Shown one piece after another: positions 25,752 to 37,500 of a stretch of DNA of 64,000 nucleotides (positions within the stretch are counted from its first letter, which is position 1; each line of letters starts with the position of its first letter). A model generated the notes under the pieces. That model was given only the letters and a program-made list of their open reading frames with translations. It did no database searches and was not told where the DNA came from. A program made the translations under genes and the position numbers. This DNA comes from Azolla caroliniana (taxonomy: Eukaryota; Plantae; Polypodiophyta), in NCBI GenBank assembly GCA_043228905.1, contig JBHGNT010000021.1:10602001-10666000 (forward strand). Direction: 5' to 3'.

Positions 25752-26403
25752 TAGCAATGGGCCCAGTTCGGTTTCTTGGCATTGAAACCAAACCATTTAT
25801 TAATAATAAAAACTAAACCAAACTGTTTTAAAATTTATGAAGCCATTTAAACCAAAACGTTTAAAGAATAGGAGAAACCAAACCAGTTTATCATCAATCA
25901 AAACCAAACCAAACCAAACCAAACCATTTTTTATTGATATTAATTATCATACTTATTATAAATTTGTGTGAGAAAATCATCATAAATTTATTCATCATAC
26001 TTATCATAAATTTGGTCATTATATTGATCATAAATTTGATCATTATACTTATCATAAATTTAATCATCATACTTATCATAATTGATTATCATAACTGAAA
26101 AGGAGACTTTACATATAAAATTTAATAAGTTAAAACGAGTTTAAAATTTAAAAGTTGAAAGTTAGAGCTTATAGAGAATATTTTGAGTATTTTTTAACCT
26201 ATAAACCTATAAACCTTTAAACGAACCACATAAACAGAAACCAATAAACCGATAAATCGGTAAATTCAATACCGAACCGAACCGAAACCGATTAGTAACA
26301 TTTGAAACCAAACCAACCCGTTTATTTATCTTTGAACCTATAAACCGTTAAGCCACGGTTTTTCGGTTCGGTTCGGTTCGAACCGAAACCGGGCCCATTG
26401 CTA
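25752..26403. mobile_element. Non-autonomous hAT-type DNA transposon (MITE) in the 3' LTR of element A
   Basis: 13-bp TIRs TAGCAATGGGCCC/GGGCCCATTGCTA, 8-bp TSD CTTGTACC (25744-25751 and 26404-26411), AAACCG-type subterminal repeats. Absent from the 5' LTR. Confidence 0.93.
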
Positions 26404-28091
26404 CTTGTACCTATATTCTACTCACACATGTGCACCCTTGCACATGAGTTGTATATAGAGAAAGGTCTTTAGCTACACTCTTGTTAATAATCCCCCATTT
26501 ATATTATTAATATAGAGAAAGGTCTTTAGTTGCACTTGATGCTTATTAATATGGAGAAAGGTCTTTAGCTACACTCTTGTTACTAATCCCCCATTTATAT
26601 TATTGTTCATAAGTGTAACTTCCTCTCACACACATACACACATATCACACAATCTTTCGTTGCGTTATCAACTACTCACATAATTAGACATTAATTAACC
26701 CTAGTTATTACCTAATTATTAACACAAACTAAATTGTTTTTGGTTGAGACCTCCATATCGAATTAAACCCTAGTCGAACCATTGGCGAAATTTCTCTAAG
26801 TAAATAGTAAATATCCCCCACCCAAAGTTATCTAAGGAAATAGGTGGGTTACAATTTATGAGCTCCAAGGCTTACAAGTTCACAAGTCAATAAAATATTT
26901 TATATACCATTATGGATATTTAGGCTTGAGGGAGATATGGCATGTGCACTCGATTCTAACTTTCTATAATTCTGACATTGTGCCCTTTCCCACCTAGGGA
27001 TAGTGGCCTCATTTACAAGGTCAAGCATTTCTAGCTTGTGAAGAACTTGTTTGTAGAACAACCATACACGACAAATTGTGAATATTTTAAACTATTTCAA
27101 CACTAACAACCCCTTTCCCTTTTGCTTTAGATTTGAAAAATATGAATGATATAATTTTGCTCTTAACATATAAAGGGGATCAATTCTTCTTGAAGTACTA
27201 CAACCTTACCTTTTGTTTTCATTTGATCTTATCGTAAAAGCATAGAAACAATTACATAGTCTTCCTTGATTTAATACTTTCACATCTTAGAGATAAAGAG
27301 GAAATCCATGTGCAATGACGACAAAATTACCTTTTTTTTATCTTTACTTAGTGCACATGGTCAGCACGTGACTCAAACAATTAAACGTTCATTACATATT
27401 TGTAGTCCCACATGATCACTTTAACCTTCAACCAATCTAAACTTGAGCATAGAATCCATATTGTTTCAAGGTTTCCAACGACAACAATAAATTTCAAGGT
27501 CCATCTTGTTAAAATGTATGGGCATGCAAAAACACACTATAGACAAAACAAGAATGAACAATGTCGTATTTACATAATCACATGATAAGGAATGCTCTCT
27601 CTCTTTGTCTTTAAGAAATAATCATGTGTCTCATGAATGTAACATTCTTTGAAACATATCGCTTGTACAAAATAGATGCAACTGATAAGAAAAGTGAATT
27701 TGTACTAAAATTACTACAATTGCTAATGCAAAACATGATTGTCAGTTACCTAGATATTTAACGTCTATATCAACTACTCTAGATGATTCCTAAAAGCATC
27801 CATTCATATCAACGTTTACATATCAAGATTTACCACAAGCAATTTTACATTATAGAGATGCATAAAAAATAAGGAACAACATCTATCAAAAGTCAAATGG
27901 GGAACAACCCATGTGAAGGTGCATTCAAAGTGCGGTTTGTCTTTTTAGCATTGATGTTGTTTTTGTTTATGTTATGTTTGAGCACTACAAATATAGGATA
28001 AGTTGGGATAAGATGTAAGAAAACTATCAATAGTAATATAATAAATAGATATATACTTGATTGAATTTGTACAAGGTTCTTTCAACTTGCT

Positions 28092-28158
<67 letters not shown>

Positions 28159-28190
28159 GTATGTATGTATGTATGTATGTGTGTGTGTGT
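28092..28190. repeat. (CT)n(AT)n(TATG)n(GT)n compound microsatellite
   Basis: Seen directly in the sequence. Confidence 0.95.
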
Positions 28191-29369
28191 ATTAAAAACC
28201 CTTCATACAATTTCTAATCCTAATGAATTGGAGAGCTTCTTTAGAGACTCTATTGCACTTGTTGTTGCATACTTTATCAACCGACAAAACTTTTATGTTG
28301 GCATGTCAACTAAAAAAGACATTGATGTCTTTCTTGAGGTGAGTAACGAGATATGTCTACAATAGATGGTCGGAGACTCAATATTTGAGTCTAAAGCTAC
28401 TTTATTGGTTTTCAAACTTCTCAATTCCTTTTGTTACATTTTATTGTAGTTTTTGCACATCGAGTGATTGTTGTTACATTTTTTTGCTCCCATAACAAAC
28501 TAATTGAAAATACATCTTCTTTTAGTGACTTGGCATTGAAAGAGAAGAATTTCCCAAATGACAAGTGAATGCCACTTACGACATAGAAATTCGAGTTTGG
28601 AGCATAACTCAATTTTAGAAGCAAATTCAAAGGAAGTTATGTTTGGGATTATGGCTTAGGTCACAATTATAATTTGGTGAAAGCAATATATATGTAATTT
28701 GGGAGATCCGTTTTTATAGAGAAGATAAGGGATGCCTAAAACATGAGTAAATTAGGACATAAAGAAAAATTGATGACAATAGTGGAGGGCCTTTTTCTTG
28801 ACACTTATTGTGGATTTTCTGGAGCCTACGCCTAGGGAAGGGGTGGCTGCATTGCATTCTACAACAGAGGAGGAAGAAAACGAGTCATTATGCACTCGTT
28901 TTTGGAAGTCGAACAAGGCTACAACATGATCACAGACTAGAGGCACAAATTTTGTTGTAGTCCTAATATTATCTCAAATAGTATTTTTTTCAGATAGTTC
29001 TAATCAATAAAGTCATCTCAAGTGGTTCCAATGAATATCTACATGCAAAAAACTAAGGTCTATGGAAGGAGAATGCAACCGACCATAAAATGGTATCAAA
29101 ATAAGTTGACATGGGCAACAATCTTCAATAGCCATTTGATTGGATAGGTTTAGGCATCAATTACCTTTCCACATGATCAATTGGATGTTGGGTAGGTGAT
29201 TGGCAAGGGGTTTTATTAGCATTTTTGGCCAATTTTGGTGTCTAGATGGGCCCTGGACGCCCAAACTTTTTATTTTTAAAATGCAATATAAAAAGAGGTC
29301 ACACTTAGCTATATTTACACATCTATACTCACTTTTGAAAATGAGATAAAGGGGGGAAACAGGCATTTC

Positions 29370-31530
29370 TTGTTGTAGAAAGAAAAATAAATTGTGGAGA
29401 GCTTATACTCTCTTTCTTGGCCTACTCCATCAATGCTCGTGTACACCATTAAACGTCGACATTTCAGACATCACCGCCTCCGTCACCAGCCATGTGAGGT
29501 GAGTTTTTGGTGGTTTTTTTGTGTCTTTTTAGTTGGGTTTAATTGTTTAGAGTAGAACATTGGTGTACAAGTTTTTACATAGCACTCTAACTCGTTTAGA
29601 GTAGAACTTTGGTGTACAAGTTTTACGTTGATAGTGAATTATTCTAGACTAGGTCTCGTGGGTTTTACCTCCATGAGGGTTTTCTAGATTAAAGATTTGT
29701 GGTGTATCATGCATAGTTTTCTTTGTTTTCTTTGAACAAAATCTTTGTCTCATATGAGTACTAAAGTGCTATCAAGATTCCGATCAAGGGGTATTAGAGC
29801 CGAGGTTTGGCACTTTCTTATGGAGGCAAAATTTTCCACAATGGTTTGCTTGAACGTCACAAACTACTACAAATGGAAAGGTAAGATGAAAGATCTTCTT
29901 TTTGTTAAAAGTCTAGAGTTACCTATTTTTGCAGCGACTAAAACTGAGAGCAAAACCACTGAGAGATTGTTTTTTGAGAACCAACAAGTATGTGGTTTTA
30001 TCTGACAATGGGTAGGAGATAATGTTTTAGACCATATTGTGAATGAAATGGATACCAAAGTTCTATGGAAAAAACTCAAAACATTGTTTGCATCGAAGAC
30101 AGGTAACGACAACTATTTTTTACTTAAACAAGTGATACATTTAGTGTATAAAGAAGGTAAGTCCATATTTGATCATTTATATGAATTTTAAGGATGTTTC
30201 AATCTAACTTTTTGGCATGGGAGTAAAATTGAACGATGAGATTCCCTTCTTGATTCATGGGAAACGTTTAGGGTATCTTTTACTAATGCAACCCCAAACG
30301 AAATTGTTATTACGGAATATGTGAAGAGCGGCGTTCTAACTTAGGTCTTGATGATTGAGAGAGGGAGGAGTAAGCATACAAGCCAAGGTCAAAACAACCG
30401 CGAGAGGAGTAGGAGTAAATCAAAATCTAAGTATAAAGATTTAGAATGACATTTTTGTGGTAAAATAAGACACATAAAGAGATATTGTTTCAAATGGAAA
30501 AAGGAGAACCACACATCTAGTGCTAAGCATGAAAAGAAAGGTAACGATGATAATTCTAATTGTGTTAATACAACTTCCTCAACTGATTTACTTGTTGTTT
30601 ATGATGAAAACCTAATTATTCTTGCTTACAATGAAACTAATTGGGTTGTTGATAGTGGTGCCTCGTTCCATGTCACATCTACAAGGGTGTTTTTTACTTC
30701 TTATAATTTAGGGGATTTCGGAGTTGTGAAGATCGGTAATGATGGCCTTTCAAAGGTGATAGGCACTGGGACTATTTGATTGGAGATCAACATGGGATCA
30801 AAGTTGATTCTCAAGGAGGTAAGACATGTCCCTGCCATTCGTTTACATCTTATCTCCATTTCCAAGCTAGATGACAACGACTATTGCAACATCTTCAATG
30901 ATGGACAATGGAAGCTCACTAAGGTCTCCTTGGTTGTAGCTCGGGGTAAGAAATGCTCTAGTTTGTATTTACTACAAGTGTCTATCTCCATTAATCTTGT
31001 GAATGCCGTTGAAAGTAATTGTCACAGACACACCAATCATTGTGTCGTGACAATAACAATATGTCAAGGTTATGGCGTAAATGGTCTACAAGATGCAAAG
31101 TTAGACATGTGCAATCATTGTGTGGCAGGAAAACGAAGAAGAGTCTCGTTCAAACACCATTCTTCTTCTAGAAAGGAAGAGGTGCTTGAGTTGGTGCAAT
31201 CTTTGAAGGTAAAGTCAATAGGTGGTGTGCTCTACTTTGTTACTTTGATTGATGATCATTCTAGAAAACGGTGGACTTGAACATTGAAAAATAAGGACCA
31301 AGTATTTAATGTGTTTAAAGAGTTTCATGTTTTTGTGGAAAGAGAGATAGGAAAGAAGCTAAAATGCATTCACACCAATAATGGTAGTGAATACACCGAA
31401 TTAAGCATCAAAAGACACCACCAAAAACCCCATAACTCAATGGCTTGTTGGAAAGGATGAATAAAACTCTAGTTGTGAGAGTTTGATGTTTGATGTTACT
31501 AGTTTCTAATAACACGGGTCATATACTTAA
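29370..31530 (+). mobile_element. Old truncated Ty1/Copia element D
   Basis: PBS-like ggtattagagc at ~29791, gag NYYKWKGKMKDLL, protease WVVDSGASFHV at ~30640, integrase YFVTLIDDHSRK. Many stops. Boundaries are approximate. Confidence 0.8.
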
Positions 31531-31604
31531 TCCCTAAGTACCTTGATCAAGGTCTTGTGGTTGATGGGATGGGTAAAACACTAAATAGGTTGCACAACTC
31601 ACGG

Positions 31605-34184
31605 TGTCGTGAAGTTGTTGCTTCACTATGTCAAAAATCCATAGAAGTACATTTCCTATCTGGAGCTTATGACGAGGAGCATGTAGGAATTTTCGGTTCG
31701 TGAATCGGAGTTCAGAAGCCCAAGCTACAAGCTTCGGAAGGACTAATGCAACTCGAGACACAAATGTAATTATGTAAAAAGGGTGATTCGAAATTATATA
31801 AGGGCTATGTTTGTAATTTCTCAAATGTACAACTACAAAATCGAATTTGTAGAATTTATAAAAAAAAGTAATCGTCTACATGAGGCAGTCTATCAACCGC
31901 CTCAAGAGGGTGGTAGGGTGGTTGACCACCCTATAAAAACCACACCCATGGTGGCTAAGGAGGAAGGGTAGAGGGGGAAAAGAAAGAGGAGAAGAAGAAG
32001 GGAGAGAAGGAAGGAAGCAAGGGAGGAAGCTTGCAAGAAGAAGGGTTGTAGAGGGCGCTCATGAAACTAGTGACCTGCTGAACAGAAAACAAAAAGTAAA
32101 GAAAAGAGAGGGAAGAGAAGAAAACCAAGAAGTTGAAGTGGTGTATCTCAAATGCTTCTTCGCAAACAAAAGGTCGTGAGTTTGAATCCTCTCAAAAGAA
32201 CTTCTTTTGGTCAACATATTTTGTAATATAAATTTGGTGTATATAAGCAGAAGACAGCAAAATCAATAGAAATCAAAGAAGTTGAAATGGTCTATCTCAA
32301 ATGCTTCTTCTCAAATAGAGGTTGTGAGTTCAAGTCTTGCCAAGTAAATATTGTAAGTGGTGTTTTACAAATAAATGCCTTTTCGTGACAACGTCGCATC
32401 TATCTTGATTTCTCGGCTTCTTGTCATCGCACCATCTGCGATTACGCCTTGTCATCCCGATCATCCCCGAGTCACAAAACCCCGGCGGTTGCGACACACA
32501 ACCACAATATTCTCGACATAAATTTGGTGAACCCGACGTAAAGTGTTGCTAATAAGGGGAGTTTCGGAGTTAAAGTTTTCCAAAGAGGTTAGAAAAGCAA
32601 AGAAAATGGCGGATAAAGGTGCCAACACAGAGATGGCAAATAAGGGCTTCAATGAAGATATGGCAAGTTTCATGATGACGATGATGAGTCATATGTTGCA
32701 AGAGCAAAGTGCGATGAATCGGATGGAAAGTGAGTTAACACTCGGTGTACAAACGACCATCGAGAGGGTAAGCAAATTTAATGGCGAGGACGTCACTCGG
32801 TTCATCGAGGTCTATGAATATCAACCGGCAAGTAGAGGGGCAAGTAGAGTACAAATAGTGTCACATATCAACCGGGTGTGTACACTTGATGTCCGAGCAA
32901 GGGTAACGGAATTATCAGAGAAATTCCGTGAAGATTGGCTTGGGTTTCGTCAAGCATTGCTTGATGAATATATGCTAGATGATCAGACTCGAATGTCAAA
33001 GAAAAGCTTTCTCGAATAGACCGAGAAAGGGGGTAAACGACTCTTAGTCTCAAAGTTGCTAAGGGAGTTCGAGAAAAGATATATCTCGGTAAAAGACCAA
33101 GAACTATTAAAGTCAGAAAAGGTGGATTTATTCATCTGAGCGGCAGATAAATCTTTTAGAAAAGATATCACTATCCTTCTAGAAGACCGGACAAGCACGA
33201 CCGGTTTGGTGTCCGATTGGGTGGAGGTACCTGAGGCTTGTCGAGTACTAAGAAGGAGAGCACTAGGGATGGAGGATGGCTATGACAACAGAATAAAGAC
33301 AACAACCAGAGAACATCCAAAACAAGATTCGAGAATTCGAACGAATGTTTGCAAGGGAAAGGCGCCAGAGTTCGTGATCGATGAGCTAATAAAAGGAATG
33401 TGGGAATTGCAACTCAAGTTCACAAAGCTTGAGAAGGGTGAAATCTCGGGTGTAAGACTGTCTGCCCAATGAAGGGGAAAAGGGTGAATTCGTTCGCCGA
33501 TGCATATGGTGCGATAGCACGGAGCACCAAAAAAGGGATTGTCAGAGCCATAAGGAAGCATTAGAAAGAAACACTATCTTCTATCAAAATGGGAGAATCC
33601 ATTCCTCGGAGACCCGACAACCACTAAAAACCAACTTCGGCAAAGGTGGGATGAAGAAAATGATGGAAGACGAAGAGTCGAAGAATATTCAAGCAATGTG
33701 CTTTTCGACTACCTCTGGATTGAAGGTCGATGATCCCCAGATTGGATCAGGATTCTAGGGAAATGTGATAAAGTCTGCTACTAACAAAAGAGTCCAACCA
33801 CAAGAATTACGAAAGGCTGACGACGAAATCAGGAATAGTACTGGGTGAGAGCAACAACTGAGATCGTGGAGGATTTATGTGGTGCATGCCCAAATATTAA
33901 AGTTACAATTGGGGATATGTCAGTAGATCAAAACTTCTTCATCCAAGAGAAGTTATTTTATCCGGTAATCCTGGGGCAACCGTACATCACAACAGTATGA
34001 ATCGAGACTAAAGTTCTAGATAACGGAGCGGCATTTGCCAGGATTCAAAGCCAGGATGGGAATAAGTCGGTACAATTCCTTACTGTTCGACCAAATCATG
34101 ACAGAAATAAGAAGCATCTACAGGAACATCCACTACGAGATGTGGTGGATTTCGTACAGGATTTCTAGAGCGGGCCCTTACAAA
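31605..34184 (+). mobile_element. Ty3/Gypsy element E (5' LTR, gag, protease remnant), interrupted by Copia H
   Basis: LTR 31605-32518 (TGTCGTGAAG...CGACA). PBS tggtgaacccgacgt at 32525, complementary to the plant tRNA-Trp 3' end. Gag KFNGEDVTRFIEVYE, zinc knuckle CIWCDSTEHQKRDC at ~33500, protease tail YPVILGQPYIT at ~33960. Confidence 0.85.
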
Positions 34185-34516
34185 TGTTGGGAAACATGTC
34201 CCTCCGAATGGGAAGATAGAAGAGCCGAGTTTATCAGCCTCGGTCGAAACCGAAATCGTGTAGACAACCAACTCGGGAGACTATATCTGTAAATAGTCGA
34301 AATCAGCCTCTATGGGCTATACTTGTAAATAGTCTGAAAGTTGTAGTAGTATATAAGCATCTAGGGCAATCATCATAGATGATTATCATTATTGTGAGAT
34401 AGTTAGTGTCAGGAATAGTACTAAAATAGAGAGAGAATTAGTACTAGAGAAGGGAAGTACTATTAATACTAAGAGGACGGACTGCGTAAGACTCACGAGA
34501 GAGAGATAGGGAAGGA

Positions 34517-37500
34517 GAGATAGATAGATAGATAGATAGATTATATTATCGTCTTCGGAGGTCAAATATGACCTATGAGACCAAAAATATTACATTTCAC
34601 GTGATACGTTGTCGTGTTGCTACGCGTGTGCGTGGCGAAAGGCAGGACCACGGGGGTCTTGGACTAGGGAGTGACGGAGCATAGGAAGTCGTGCTTCACC
34701 ATTTCCGGGGCATCCCAGAAGCACACCGGAAGCAACCAAAGGGAGAGAGAGAAAGAGAGGGAGCGCGCGCTTGACACCGACTCACACACACACAGGCTGA
34801 CACCACTCACGCCCTTATGCACAGGAAACGCAGGAAAGGGGAACACCAAAAACACCCACACAAACACCGGACCCCAACAGAGACATGAATACACACAAAC
34901 AGACACAAATGTATATATATGAATGGAAGAATACATTCCCGGCTTCGTGCCGGACCAAGGTAGGTTACAACAGTCGTCTGTTGTCAAGCCGCCGTCGGGG
35001 AGCTCTCGGTTCGTCGCGCCGAGCGGGGTCTTGCACAGGAGGCCGAGCCGAAGCAAACCCTAAGCAAAACACGAAGGGGGGGGGGGGGAGAAGAAGAAGA
35101 GTAACTAACCCTAAATCTAACGGTATACCCTCTAACGCAAAATGGGCAACCCTTTCACAAAGGGCGCTCCCTTCCTTTCATAGAACAAGGAGAGGGATGC
35201 GTTACAATGTGGGATAAATCCCGATTTACATGGGATTCTTCGTCCCGACTTGACTCTTATTATTCACACAAATACATGAGGGTGAGTGCACATGGTGCAC
35301 CCCGCCGATGTAGCCAATATTTCCCCGGTTTCCACCTCTGGATGAAATTCTTCACGACATCCGCCCCCACCTAACCGCACGTCCACTGGTATGTGCCAAA
35401 TCTAGTTGAAGGGTGAGAGATTTCGGCTGGTGAGAAACCGGTCTTCCGTAATCCGCATCCCGGCTTGCTATCGGTTTGAACCGTCGGTTGCGGTTCTCCC
35501 TTCGCGCTTACCTCTCCGTAGACTCGTTCGACCCGTCGATGGGTCCTTCGCCGCGATCTCCGTAGTACACGTACTTCCACTGGCCCTTGTTCGGCCGTAT
35601 GCACGCTCTGTTCTCTGCCGTACATCCGATGTCCTTCGCTTGAGGAACGCCCGTTGTGGCCCGCTTGGCCTTCGTTGACCATTCGTGTTGTCCTAATTGC
35701 CGTCCCATGTTATTTCGCGTTGCCTTCGTCCTCTCGCCGCCACCTTCCTTCTCCATGGTCTTATGTTGTCGCGTCGGCTCGAACCGCCATGGTCTCCGGA
35801 ACGGTGTGGAGGATCCTTTTCTAGCCTTCTACGCGCTACCCCCGAACCACGCAACCCATCTTCGCGCTCGCCTTTCCGCTCCAGCACCTCCGTGTGCCAC
35901 ATACCCTCGTCCGTTGTTTGGCACTGCTTGTGCCGTACTCCGGTCCATTGCACGCCTTGTCGGCCCCTTTCCCGGCCAGATCGTGTATTGCCGCTCATCC
36001 GCATACCGGTGTCCTCCGCATCCGAGGAACACCCTGTAGTAGCCCGCTTGGCCCTTCCCGTCTTCGTGCTGCTACAACAGGTCCTGAGTCTTCCGCTTGC
36101 CGTCGTGCCCTCGCCCCCACTAGCTTGTCACCCCGGGCTTGCTGTGTCAGTCTTCACTACTTCGACGGAGCTACCGAGATCTACGAAGCGAGTGTGGAGG
36201 ATCCTCCTCTGGCCTCTCGTGCCATCCCTTGACTCCGACCCTGTGCAGTCCACTAGGCACTTGTCACCTCGTTCCTGGCACCTCCCTTGTGTCGTCTTCC
36301 GCTTCCTTTGTTCGGCACCGCTCGTGCCGAACACTATCCCATAGTCACACTTTGATCCGGCCCGCGATAGCCACTTGCGAGACTCTTATTCCATCCCAGG
36401 TGTGCCTTTCCGACCCGACACACCTCCCCGTTTTTTTTCCCCTACCGGCTCCTTTCGAAACCGTAGCCGGCCTGTAAGGGTTTCGTACTTCGTCCGTCCC
36501 CGTTTTACCGACCTTTGTCGATGTCGGGTCCCGTTCCTTGCCGCCGCCACCAACCTTCTCTCTCGGTCTCATGTTGCCATGTTGGCCGAACTGCCGGAGT
36601 CTCTGGTTAGGTGTGGGGATCCCGTAGGACCGGACTTCCTTACGCCCACTCACCTCGCCAGAAGGTTTGACATGGTCCGTAGCCGCCTTGCCGGCCTCAT
36701 ACCTCCTTGCCGTTCGTCACCTCCTATCGTCCGATCACGTTCTCATGCCGCCACCGATCTCCCCTATAGGACTCACGCCGGCACTCGGGCCGACCGCCGG
36801 ATCGGTGTGAGTGTCTTCGTGGGACCTCCCGTTCTGGCTTCGATTGCTCGCCTTGCCGTCGCCACCATTCCTTACTCTAGGTATCACGCCTCCTCTTGTC
36901 ATTGGCTGCCAGAGTCTCTAGAATCGGTGTGTGTAAGGTCACAGCTGCACCGCTCTACCACCGCCATCCTCTTCTGTTGGTCACGTTCACCTGCCGCCAC
37001 CGTCCTTTCCTATAGGACTCACGCCGGCTCTCGGGCCGACCGCCGGATCAGTGTGAGGATCTCCGTAAACCGCGCATCTGTAGCCCTTTTTGCCTTCGTC
37101 CCCTCGCTGCCACCGTTCGTCACTCTAGGCCTCGCGCTGGCTCTCAGGCCGACCGTCGGTTTCTGTGGAACTGGTGTCAAGGATCCTCCTATGGCTTGCC
37201 ATATCTCTGACCCTTATCCCGGGTCTTCCTTCTTTCGTAAGTCGAGAGGGTGGCTCGCTCCACACCCTCTCCTGTGGTACCAACGTACCGTGTTCCCGGC
37301 CTCTTCGTAGGCCTGGTCTCTCCCTCCCTCTCGGAATGGTTTTCCGGAAGTCTGTTCCGCCCGGTTCTCGTCTGGGTCCGTTCGTCATTCTCTGGGTTGT
37401 CGGGTCCCATTCTCCTATCGCCACCGACCTCTCCTATAGGACTCATGCCGGCTCTTGGGCCGACCGCTGGGTCAGTGTGTGGATCTCCGCAGGACCGGTC

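Larger units (their letters stand above)
13264..26724 (+). mobile_element. Ty1/Copia element A (RT/RNase H deleted), host of nested B, C and a hAT MITE
   Basis: 5' LTR 13264-13736 and 3' LTR 25558-26724 (TG...CA, shared sequence). PBS tggcatcagagt at 13737. Decayed gag at ~13910-14388, pre-integrase/integrase at 19635-21174, post-integrase spacer at 25109-25400 with no RT. No matching TSD found. Confidence 0.9.

Noticed and set aside
27850-28950. Possible decayed coding exons around the microsatellite (e.g. ELESFFRDSIALVVAYFINRQNFYVGMSTKKDIDVFLE followed by gtgag)
   Set aside because: Could be an old transposase relic, but I cannot assign a family from the sequence alone.
32130-32345. Functional tRNA genes (also 44950-45015)
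   Set aside because: No complete cloverleaf or anticodon arm; they lie within LTRs and are reported only as tRNA-like motifs.
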